From assembly GCA_963820195.1 (NCBI GenBank), contig CAWFZU010000248.1, positions 1 to 37,750 of the forward strand: a stretch of 37,750 nucleotides of DNA, in the 5' to 3' direction. Every line of letters begins with the position of its first letter. Position 1 is the first letter of the stretch. Shown here one piece after another: positions 29,473 through 37,750 of this stretch. Under the pieces are notes generated by a model that was given only the letters and a program-made list of their open reading frames with translations, was not told the DNA's origin and ran no database searches. Source of the DNA: an uncultured Acidobacteriaceae bacterium (GTDB lineage Bacteria > Acidobacteriota > Terriglobia > Terriglobales > Acidobacteriaceae). The translations under genes and the position numbers were made by a program.

Positions 29473-29961
29473 ATGCAACGTGAGTCCAGGTCAAGGCGAA
29501 TCGATGCCGTCCGCGCGCATCCCGTGGCCGAGTTGCTGGAGTGCCCCGCGCCCATCGGGATGCTGCTGAACGGCTCGGCCCGGTGCATAAGTTTTGCCGC
29601 CGGGGATGTGGTCTTTCGCCAGTCCGAGGAGTGCCGGGGGCTCTACCTGGTCGTCTCGGGCCGGTTCCTGCGCCAGACCGAGCGGCTTCATACGCGGCTG
29701 GAGCTTTCCCCGGCCCGCGCCGGAGACCTGCTGGAACTGGCGGCCGCCCTGGGGGATGTCCCGCATACCTACACGCTCACCGCGCAGACCGCCGGTACAC
29801 TGTTGATGCTGCCCATGGAAGCGCTCAGAGAGGCGTTTCAAAGCTATTCCCCGTTGCGCATGCATTTGTTGGAGGAACAGGCCCGCGAGGTTTCCCGCGC
29901 CTATTACACGTGTTGCCTCTGCCACGCCATGAATTTCCGCAAGGGAAGCCACGCGGCCTGA
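29473..29961 (+). CDS. Stand-alone cyclic-nucleotide-binding (Crp effector-type) domain protein, no HTH
   Basis: FAAGDVVFRQSEECRGLYLVVSG...AGDLLE...HTYTLTA. GGGAG RBS before ATG 29473; the ORF is open from 29353. Confidence 0.75.
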   Translation: MQRESRSRRIDAVRAHPVAELLECPAPIGMLLNGSARCISFAAGDVVFRQSEECRGLYLVVSGRFLRQTERLHTRLELSPARAGDLLELAAALGDVPHTYTLTAQTAGTLLMLPMEALREAFQSYSPLRMHLLEEQAREVSRAYYTCCLCHAMNFRKGSHAA

Positions 29962-30100
29962 TTGGCTGCGGGGTGGCAATTTGCAGCCTGCAAAATCTCC
30001 TCGCCGCAACTTTTTCGGGGCTGCAGCGGAGATTCTGGGAAAATCCCTGCCCTGCATCCCGCCCAAGTGCGCTATACTCAGTTTGCACGCCAGCGAGCAC

Positions 30101-30820
30101 ATGGCTACATTTCATCCCCATCACCTCCCGGAAGATTGCGTGAATTGTGAACATCGGCATTTGAGGATGTTCTGCAATCTGACCCCCGAAGCTCTCGCCG
30201 ACTACGACGGCATTGGCATTATGATGAGCCATGCCCGAGGCGCCAAACTCTTTTCCGAGGGCGACCCGGCGCGTAACGTCTTTGTTATCTGCTTCGGACA
30301 GGTGAAAATCTCGTCCACCTCGCGCGACGGCAAGACCATGATCCTCAAAATAGCCGGCCCCGGCGATGTGATGGGCCTGAGCGCGGTGCTGGCCAATGTT
30401 CCCCACGAGGTCACAGCCGAGGCCATCGAACCCTGCCAGGTGAAGACCGTACGGAAGCAAGAGTTCGTCGACTTCCTCGGCCGTCACGGCATCGCATCCA
30501 TGCACGCCGCGCAATCGCTCTCCGGCGAATACCTGACCGTCTTCCACGACGCCAAGCGGCTGGCGCTCTCCGGCTCGGCCGCGGGACGCCTCGCCCGCCT
30601 GCTGCTCGACTGGGGCCGCAACTCCAACAACAGCAACGGCAAGCACGAAATCCGCTTTACCATGGCGCTGACCCACGAGGAGATCGCCAACATGGCCGGC
30701 ACCTCGCGCGAGACCGTTACACGCCTGCTCAACCAGTTCCGCCGCGACCAGTGGATCACCATCAAAGGCTCCAGCCTGACCATCACCAAGCCCGACCAGC
30801 TCGAACGCCTGACCGCGTAA
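30101..30820 (+). CDS. Crp/Fnr-family transcriptional regulator with N-terminal CxxC-x8-C motif
   Basis: DCVNCEHRHLRMFC, LFSEGD, GQVKI, GPGDVMG, HTH LTHEEIANMAGTSRETVTR. Confidence 0.92.
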   Translation: MATFHPHHLPEDCVNCEHRHLRMFCNLTPEALADYDGIGIMMSHARGAKLFSEGDPARNVFVICFGQVKISSTSRDGKTMILKIAGPGDVMGLSAVLANVPHEVTAEAIEPCQVKTVRKQEFVDFLGRHGIASMHAAQSLSGEYLTVFHDAKRLALSGSAAGRLARLLLDWGRNSNNSNGKHEIRFTMALTHEEIANMAGTSRETVTRLLNQFRRDQWITIKGSSLTITKPDQLERLTA

Positions 30821-30846
30821 ACGCCTTCCCAGGAATCTCCCCGCAT

Positions 30847-32151
30847 TCAGCTACATAACAAGGCAATGTGAGTCCCTGACCGTCGCTCGAGTTCCTCCAG
30901 CGCATTGCAGGCCGTGCGCACGCCGTCCTCGCCGGCCAGTTGCTGCGCCACGCTCTCGGCTCGCTGGGCCAGCAGCGGCTTGGCGAGCATCGCCTTTAGC
31001 CGGCGCGCCACGCGCCATGGCGTGTAGTTGCCGCGTTGGATCACCCGCGCCACCTTCAGCCGCTTCATCCGCCGGGCGTTGTCCGGCTGGTCGTGCGAGA
31101 AGGGCATGATGAGCATCGGCTTGCCGGCGCGCAGGCATTGCGCCGTGGTTCCCACGCCGCCCTGGTGCACCACCATCGCCGCGCGCTTGAAGAGTTCCGG
31201 AGTAAGGCGCGTACTCGGCCACGCAGATCGACTCCGGCAGCGAGGTTTTCAGACTGGTTGCGCGGATCAGTTCCGATCAGACAGCACCGCGCGAATTCCC
31301 AGCCGGATGGCCGCCTTCGCCGAAACCTCGTAGAAGTTTCCCGCGGCCAGCACCGCCGCCGAGCCCAGCGTAAAGACCACCGGTGGCGGGCCCGCGGCCA
31401 GAAACCTCTCCAGATTCGGGGGCAGCGCCTGGTTGCCCGAGTCGGCGTCGTAGTAGCAGAAGCCGGTAATCAGCGTGTGCTCCGGCCAGTCTTTTTGCTC
31501 CACGCCCAGCATGCGGGAGAACAGCGCCAGCACCAGCGACGGCGAGTGTTTGGCGTCGAAGAGCGGATTCGCGCCTTTGGGCAGCCCCAGTTCGCGGCGC
31601 AGCTCGTAGATCGGCTCCGGCCACTTGCGGCTGACAAAGCGCGCCACCCGCCGGATAACCCGTCCGAAGCCCGGAACCACCTTGTCGGCGCGCGCCAGCC
31701 GCGGGTACGGGGGCAGCACCGGCGGGTCGAAGGCGGAAAAGAACGAGAGCGGCGCCAGCACGTAGCTGGCCCAGGGAATCCCGGTCACCTCGGCCACCAG
31801 CGGCCCGGCGTAGTTCAGCTCGCCCAGCAGCAGCAGATCGGCGCGCTCCGGCTTGGTGGCCGCATCCAGCAGGTCAGAATACGTCTGGCGCAGCACCGGA
31901 AAGAGAAAATCCCGCAGCCCATGCTCGGTGCCGTTCTTGACGTCGTAGACCATCTCCACCAGGATGGTGTTGGTGGGATCGATGTCCGGCCGGATGGCGT
32001 GAAATTCCAACCCCAGCGGACGAATCTTCGGCTCATAGACCGCCGGCAGCGCCATCACCGGCGTGTGGCCCCGACGCTTCAATTCCAGGGCAATGGCGAT
32101 CAGCGGATTAGTGTCGCCGAGTGTGCCGATATTCGAAAGAACAATGCGCAA
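30847..32151 (-). CDS. GT1/GT-B glycosyltransferase (frameshifts ~31190 and ~31280)
   Basis: GTLGDTNP, VFTLGS, YAPYS, VVHQGGVGTT, PFSHDQPDNA. Confidence 0.88.
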
Positions 32152-32457
32152 GGTGAAGTCCTTGAGCCGTTTGTGGCCGGCTGTTATGAGGGTAACGCAT
32201 CGGGGCTATGGTCAACCCTCACGGTAGGAATGCCGTTCAGGTTTCGAGTCTGTGAACACTATCGCGACGGACCAAACGCTGAAGGAATGAGCGAAACAGA
32301 CAGCTTGCTTATGCGCTCTCCGCGCTAAGCGCAAGTTTACAGGCTGTCGATGGCTTAAACTTTTGCCCACCTGTGTTCGTCTAGTTCATCAAGGAGTGGT
32401 TCACTCCGCCGCCATCCAACGATGGTATTCTTTCCCTGTTGTACCAGGAGCCTATCC

Positions 32458-33508
32458 ATGTCCATGCAGCACACCCTTCGCCTTGTTGCCCGCTCCTTCG
32501 CGGCCGCGGCATTGCTCTGCGGCCTTGTGGCCGCTGTTCGTCCCGCCTCCGCGCAGCAGCCTTACAAAGTCCTTGATCAGCTGGAAGATCGGTGGAGATG
32601 GCTTTTGGGATGACTTGACCGCAGATGGGCAGGCTCACCGCCTCTATCTCACCCACGGCCCGCGCGTCGATGCCGTCGATACGCAAACGGGAAAACTTAT
32701 CGGCTCCGTCTCCGGCCTGCACGGCACGCACGGCGTCGCCCTCGACAACGCGGGTAAATTCGGCTACATCACCAACGGCGGTGCCAATGCGGTCGTCGTC
32801 TTTGACCGCGCCACCCTGGCCACGGTGGCCACCATTCCCGCCGGAACCGGTCCCGATGCCATTGTCTTTGAGCCGGCCACGCAGACCGTCTGGGCCTTCA
32901 ACGGCCGCAGCAAAGACGTAACCGTGATCTCCGCCGCGACGAATAAGGTGATCGCCACGATTCCGCTGCCCGGCAGGCCTGAGTTCGCCACCGTCGATGG
33001 CAAGGGCACGGTCTTCGACAACATAGAAGACAAGAGCGAAATCGCGCGCCTCGACGCGCGTACCCTCAAGGTCACCGCCGAGTGGCCGCTCACCGGCTGC
33101 GACGGACCCAGCGGCCTGGGCTTCGACGTGGCCGGCGCGCGACTCTTCCCGGTCTGTCACAACAAGGTGATGGGCGTGATCGACTCCAACACCGGCAAGG
33201 TGCTCGCAACAGCTGAGATCGGCAATGGCCCTGATGGCGCCGGCTGGGACGCCGCCCACAAGCTGGCCTTCGCTTCCTGCGGCGAAGGAGTCCTTTCGGT
33301 GATCGACGCCGGCGCGCCCGGCTATCCCACTCTCCAATCGCTGCCCACGCAGCGCGGCGCGCGCACCATGACTTTTGACGCCGTCTCAGGGCGCCTCTAT
33401 CTGCCCACCGCCGAATTCGGCCCCATGGCCGCGCCCACCGCCGACAATCCCCGCCCCCGCCCCGCCATCGTCCCCGGCAGCTTCACCATCCTGGTCGTCG
33501 GCCGCTAA
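32458..33508 (+). CDS. Secreted YncE/YVTN-like beta-propeller protein (frameshift ~32575)
   Basis: AGGAG RBS, signal peptide MSMQHTLRL...ASAQ, then WKIGGDGFWD, HGVAL, GPDAI, GRPEF, TQRGARTM. Confidence 0.8.
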
Positions 33509-33535
33509 ACAAACGTCCAGAATCACATCCCATTT

Positions 33536-33566
33536 GGGTGCCCAGGTCCGAATCTTCGGACCTGGA
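33536..33566 (+). repeat. REP-like hairpin
   Basis: GGGTGC-CCAGGTCCGAA-tc-TTCGGACCTGG, a perfect 11-bp stem. Confidence 0.7.
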
Positions 33567-33601
33567 TTTTCTGTGAAGATTCGACATTCCCCAAAAAACT
33601 A

Positions 33602-33686
33602 CTTGCGAAAGGCAGGGTTGCAGGAGGATGATTTTATTGCCTTTTTCTGAAAGTGTTGGCGGTTTTGAATCGTAAGGAGATGACCC
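33602..33686 (+). promoter_or_regulatory. Conserved promoter/leader, copy 1
   Basis: Shares blocks CTTGC..AAAGGC.GGG, GGATGATT, TTGCC, TTGGCGGTTTTGA and GTAAGGAGA with 34717-34803. Confidence 0.65.
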
Positions 33687-34610
33687 GTGCGCAAGTACAT
33701 TCTCGCAATAGTTTATTTGGCGATCAGCCCCATGCTCTTCGCCCAGTTGTCGCTCAACAATGAAGCTGTGATCAAGATGGTCAAGGCCGGCCTGTCGGAC
33801 GATCTGATCATCACTTCCATCAGTCTGATGCCGGGAAGCTACGACGCCACTCCAGAAGGGCTGATTGCACTGAAGAGCGCCGGCGCCAGCGACAAGGTGG
33901 TGGGGGCGATCGTGGCCAAGGCCGCTGCAGCTGCTCCTCCACCGCCCGCGCCCGCACCCATGCCCGCGCCAGAGCCGCCTCCACCGCCACCGCCGCCGCC
34001 GATGCCCAGTATCCCCGCCCCTCCGCCTCCACCGCCCGCTGCTGTTGTGCCCGCCCCTCCGCCTCCACCGCCCGCTGCTGTTGTGCCCGCCCCCCCGCCT
34101 CCGCCCGCGGCTGCCGTGCCCGCCCGTCCGCCCGGCATTGACTTGGTGGGCGTCTATTATCAGGACAGCAGCGGCGCATGGCAGCCAATCGCCCCGGAGA
34201 TTGTGACGGAAAAGTCCGCGGGATTTTCCGTCGGGGATAATAAGGTTGGCTCCATCAAGGGTCATATTCTCGGCGCCAGGGCCCACGTGAGCGCACCCCT
34301 TCCTGTCTCGCTCGCCGTCTATGTGCCGGAGGGCCGCACCATCGCCGAGTACCGGCTCATGCGCCTGCTGGTCAAATCCAGCGAGCGCGAGTTCCACATC
34401 TCCTCCAGCCTGATCTCCAAAGGGAGCAATGACAATGAGATCGACAAGGATGCGGTGATGATTACCTCAGAGAAGTTAGCGCCGCGCATCTACCAGATCA
34501 CCCTGAGTTCCGGCATCGGAAGGGGCGAGTATGGAATACTCGCGCCCAAGCCGCGCGATGACTCCGAGGGCGGGAACTGGAAGATTTATTGCCTGAGCGC
34601 CGGCAATTAG
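33687..34610 (+). CDS. Secreted hypothetical protein with Pro-rich linker (paralog 1)
   Basis: AAGGAG RBS, signal peptide, helical domain NNEAVIKMVKAGLSDDLII...LIALKSAGASDKVV, poly-Pro linker, C-terminal domain ending GEY...KIY. Confidence 0.75.
   Translation: MRKYILAIVYLAISPMLFAQLSLNNEAVIKMVKAGLSDDLIITSISLMPGSYDATPEGLIALKSAGASDKVVGAIVAKAAAAAPPPPAPAPMPAPEPPPPPPPPPMPSIPAPPPPPPAAVVPAPPPPPPAAVVPAPPPPPAAAVPARPPGIDLVGVYYQDSSGAWQPIAPEIVTEKSAGFSVGDNKVGSIKGHILGARAHVSAPLPVSLAVYVPEGRTIAEYRLMRLLVKSSEREFHISSSLISKGSNDNEIDKDAVMITSEKLAPRIYQITLSSGIGRGEYGILAPKPRDDSEGGNWKIYCLSAGN
34014..34118 (+). repeat. Intragenic 36-bp tandem repeat (PAPPPPPPAAVV x2 plus a 33-bp variant)
   Basis: CCCGCCCCTCCGCCTCCACCGCCCGCTGCTGTTGTG exact at 34014 and 34050; degenerate at 34086. 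Confidence 0.9.
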
Positions 34611-34655
34611 AACCAGCCGCCGACACATTGAGCCCGCCCATTGCAGGTCAGCAAA

Positions 34656-34699
34656 CCGCAGGGCCACTCCGGAAACGGAGCTGGCCCTGCGGCTTTTTT
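34656..34699 (+). terminator. Rho-independent terminator
   Basis: CCGCAGGGCCA-CTCCG-GAAA-CGGAG-c-TGGCCCTGCGG followed by CTTTTTT. Confidence 0.85.
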
Positions 34700-34716
34700 A
34701 CCCCTCTAAAATTTTT

Positions 34717-34803
34717 CTTGCAAAAAGGCGGGGTTTGGGTGGATGATTCTCTTGCCATTCTTAAACAGTTTTGGCGGTTTTGACTTTAGTAAGGAGAAGC
34801 CTC
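34717..34803 (+). promoter_or_regulatory. Conserved promoter/leader, copy 2
   Basis: Aligns block-wise with 33602-33686. Confidence 0.65.
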
Positions 34804-35666
34804 GTGCGCAAAAACATTCTCGCGGTTGTATTTTTAGCCCTCTGTCCCTTCCTACTAATTGCCCAGCAGGTAATGAACAATGACTCCATCATCAAGATGA
34901 TCAAGGCCGGTCTATCAGACGACTTGATTATTGCCACGATCAATGCTCAGTCGGGAACCTACAGTATCTCCGCAGATTCCCTCGTTGCGCTCAAGGTGGC
35001 AGGCGCCAGCGACAAATTAGTTGCTGCGATTGTGGTGAAAGCCTCGGCCCCGGTTGCACCCGCTGCCACGGCAGCCGCCTCTACAACTCCCGCTGCGGCT
35101 GAAGACCCAAACGATCCAATGACCAAGCACGACATTGGCGTCTATATCCTCTTGAAGGGCCCAGATGGAAAGCAGAAGATGGTTTTCATCGACAGGGCCG
35201 GAGAAGCGGGTGTGAAGACTGCCAATGTTGCGGGGATGGCGTTCTCCTACGGCATCGCCAAAGCCAAGCTGAAAGCCGAGATACCGGGTCCGCACGCTCC
35301 CACTCGGACGCAGGATGTGCGCCCGGTGTTCTATATGTACTTTCCTGAGATGAGCGGCTTGGGCAGTTTTGGTGGAACCGATATGATTTCCAGTCCGAAT
35401 CAGTTCACGCTACTTTCTCTAGAAGAGAAGAAGGAACGCCGCGAGACAGAGATTGCCAAGATGGGATTTGCGAGTTCGAATATGGGGGCCGATGAAAAAA
35501 GAGAGATCATGTTCACTTCGGAGCGAATCCGCTCCGGAATGTACAAAGTTACGCCAAAGCAGGATCTGAAATCCGGCGAATACGCATTCATCATGGCCAC
35601 CCGAGGGCGGGTAGTGCGACCGGTACCACAGTTGTCATCTACGATTTCGGCGTCGACTCCAATTAG
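34804..35666 (+). CDS. Secreted hypothetical protein (paralog 2), probable frameshift ~35605
   Basis: GTG after AAGGAG; MRKNILAV...NNDSIIKMIKAGLSDDLII...LVALKVAGASDKLV, Ala-rich linker, GEYAF. The alternative frame ends VIYDFGVDSN* at 35666. Confidence 0.75.
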
Positions 35667-35675
35667 CTAGGTGCC

Positions 35676-35708
35676 GCGTGCCCCTGGTCCCGCTTTTGGG
35701 ACCTGGGG
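35676..35708 (+). repeat. REP-like hairpin
   Basis: GCGTG-CCCCTGGTCCC-gctttt-GGGACCTGGGG, close to the 11093 copy. Confidence 0.7.
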
Positions 35709-35715
35709 TGCCCTG

Positions 35716-35975
35716 TCAGCCTTCCGTCAGACGCGAGACAAAGGCATCCAGCCCTTCAAAGCGGACTTTGAGCGCACCATAGTTCCTCTGAAAGGCGGCT
35801 TTAACGTCCGCCGCCAGGACAAGATTGTCTCCCTGGAGATGCTGCCTCCGGAAGGCTTCAAGGTTCGAGGCATCAAAGTTATCGGCAGACCATTTGCATT
35901 CGATCGCCAGGGGATTGCCACTGCGCACGGCCCATACAAAATCAATCTTATGGCCGCTTGAGCGCCTATCATCCA
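35716..35975 (-). pseudogene. C-terminal remnant of an AAA+/DUF4143-type protein (PD-(D/E)XK-like tail)
   Basis: SGHKIDFV...PLAIECKWS...NLEAFR resembles the GxEIDF...AIExK tail. No ATPase part upstream. Confidence 0.55.
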
Positions 35976-36184
35976 AACTTAAGCAGACTTGCATATAGTG
36001 CTACCAAACGCAAATCTATTTACAGATTCGATTGCTTTCCTGCCATTTTTTCCGCCAATGCTCCTTCCGAAGAACAAAATTGACATTCCTCCCTATCTTG
36101 ATCAACCAGCCGGCTCGGATCTACCTGTGAACGCTCCCAGGGACAAACGGGCCTCAGGTGATACCGTATCTCTGACGGCCTTTC

Positions 36185-37183
36185 ATGAACAGACGCACGC
36201 GCAGAACGCTCTGGATTGTGGCCGCGGTACTGGTTGTCCTGGCCGTGGCCGTCTTCCTACGCTCCAAGGCTCCGCCGGAGGCCGCGCGCCTGCTGCCCGA
36301 GTCGGACGGCATCCTCTACATCAACTTCAAGCCGGTGCGCGCCTTCTTCCACAAGGATCTGAAGCCGCCCCAGCACGCCGCCGAGTACCAGCAGTTTATC
36401 GACGCCGTCGGGATCGACCCGGAGCGCGACCTGGACGAGGCGGCTATCGCGCTGCACCGCATGGCGGACCCCAACGGACCCAACGGCCCGGTGGCGTATT
36501 CGATGGTGCTGGTGGGCAAGATTACCGGCAAGCGGCTGAATGCATGGCTCGACGCGCACGCCACCAGCCGCGAGTCCTACGCCGGCCACACCGTCTACTC
36601 GATTCCCTCCGAAGGGCGGACCGTGCGCGTGGCGCAGATCGGCTACGACATGGTGGCCGTCTCCAACACGCCGACGCCGGAGCAGATTCACTCCATGCTC
36701 GACCGGCACGCGACCGCCGCGTGGCCCTTTGCCGGCTCGACGCTGCTGCGCCAGCACTACCACGAGGTGCCGCTGCTCTCGCTGGCCTGGGGCGTGGGCC
36801 AGATCGGGCTGCCCTTCACTGAGAGCGGCGCCATCAGCATTTTTGGCCTCTAGCTGCCGCTGGAAGCCGACTCGACGATCATCGCCAGCTTCGGCTGGAC
36901 CGGCTCTCTGAGAGTGGTGGAGATCGCCCCCAGCGAGGCGGTAGCTGCCCGCCAGGCCGCGGCTCTGCAAACGCTGGTCACGCTGGCTCGCGGATTTACT
37001 GTTCAATTGAACGGAAACACTGAAAACAATAGCCTGAAAGAGCTGTTGAAGACCGCTGAAATCACCCAGAAGCGCGAGCGCGTGGTGGTCACGGCCTCGG
37101 TTGATCGTTCGCTTTTCAGCGGTCTGCTTGCGGCTCAGAAGGGGCCGGCTGATTCCTCTTCAGATTCCGGCGCGTCCAAGTAG
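36185..37183 (+). CDS. Membrane-anchored hypothetical protein with one in-frame TAG at 36851-36853
   Basis: N-terminal TM, RLLPESDGILY. ORFs 36185..36853 and 36914..37183 share a frame and read through as FGL*LPLEADSTIIAS. Confidence 0.7.
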
Positions 37184-37266
37184 ACAGCAACGAACGGGGG
37201 CGGTTTGCGTCCCTCCGTACCGCTCCATCGTCCACTGAAACGTACCGCCATCCCCGCGGAGGTTTT

Positions 37267-37750
37267 ATGAGTCGTTACGATCCGTCCTCCAGGACTGCTG
37301 CCCTTCTATGCACCCTCGGCTTCGTAGCCTTTCTCATTCTCCAGATTGCCGAAAGGCCGGCGAGCGCCACGCACCAGCAACCCAATCGGCACTCTGTTCT
37401 TACCGGCCAGGCCGCCTTCACCGATGCGGCGCACGAGTCGCCCGGCATCCGCCGCCACCTCACGGCGGCTGACCTGCCCGCCCCGGCGCAGCAAGAGTCG
37501 GTGGACAATGGGCCGACGATTGTTCCCCGGCCCGCCAACGTGCTGCCCATTGCGCCCAAAGGCTTCAAAGTGGAGCTGTATGCCACCGGCCTGGACAACC
37601 CACGGCTGATCCGCACCGCGCCCAACGGCGACCTCTTTCTGGCCGAGAGCGAGACCGGCAAGATCAAAGTCTTTCGCGGCGTGGGCGCGGACGGCAAAGC
37701 TGCACAGGTTTCGGTCTTCGCCGAGGGCCTGCACCAGCCCTTCGGCATCT
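37267..37750 (+). CDS. Glucose/L-sorbosone dehydrogenase-family beta-propeller protein (3'-partial)
   Basis: GGAGG RBS; hand translation MSRYDPSS...LTAADLPAP...PKGFKVELYATGLDNPRLIRTAPNGDLFLAES...FAEGLHQPFGI, open to the window end. Confidence 0.8.
   Translation, partial: MSRYDPSSRTAALLCTLGFVAFLILQIAERPASATHQQPNRHSVLTGQAAFTDAAHESPGIRRHLTAADLPAPAQQESVDNGPTIVPRPANVLPIAPKGFKVELYATGLDNPRLIRTAPNGDLFLAESETGKIKVFRGVGADGKAAQVSVFAEGLHQPFGI

Noticed and set aside
32251-32266. Third CRP-type box TGTGA-ACACTA-TCGCG between the GT1 and YncE-like genes
   Set aside because: Two mismatches in one half-site; too weak to call without conservation data.
33656-33675. Sigma54 promoter in the conserved leader (TTGGCGG...)
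   Set aside because: No TTGC -12 element at the required spacing in either copy.
34014-34118. CRISPR array (36-bp repeat)
   Set aside because: Units are contiguous without spacers, in frame within a CDS, and there are no cas genes.
36851-36853. Pyrrolysine or amber recoding
   Set aside because: TAG is a normal stop for higB, xylB, hicB and others, and no pyl genes are in the window.

Overview
High-GC bacterial DNA whose gene content and style suggest an Acidobacteriota (Terriglobia-like) chromosome; the taxonomy is inferred, not tested. The first 11 nt resemble the 3' end of the Oxford Nanopore ligation adapter. Single-base indels break many genes, including essential dnaX, so this looks like an unpolished long read and most frameshifts are probably errors. 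Gene order: kdpB (partial), kdpA, kdpF, a small kdpZ-like ORF and kdpE, with a divergent N-terminally truncated kdpD-like kinase; higBA; a NitT/TauT-type ABC pair; a receiver protein; recR-ybaB-dnaX; a secreted protein; mazG; prepilin peptidase; TPR and SET proteins; phosphate butyryl/acetyltransferase; an alpha/beta hydrolase; xylB. Then a small accessory island (low-GC HNH/Zn-finger gene, hicAB, higB remnant, orphan higA); a GH3/TIM-barrel/Gfo-Idh-MocA sugar cluster; a USP/cNMP-domain/Crp-Fnr module; a GT1 glycosyltransferase; a YncE-like protein; two tandem secreted paralogs sharing a conserved leader; a DUF4143-like remnant; a membrane-anchored hypothetical; and a partial sorbosone dehydrogenase-like gene. 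The best leads are a candidate redox regulon (Cys-motif Crp/Fnr with a CRP-type helix, plus TGTGA-N6-TCACA boxes before usp and ptb), the HNH/toxin-antitoxin island, a low-GC mosaic core in the prepilin peptidase, the paralog pair, and a dispersed GGGTGCCC-hairpin REP-like family with a shared tail. No rRNA, tRNA, CRISPR array, integrase or transposase was seen.
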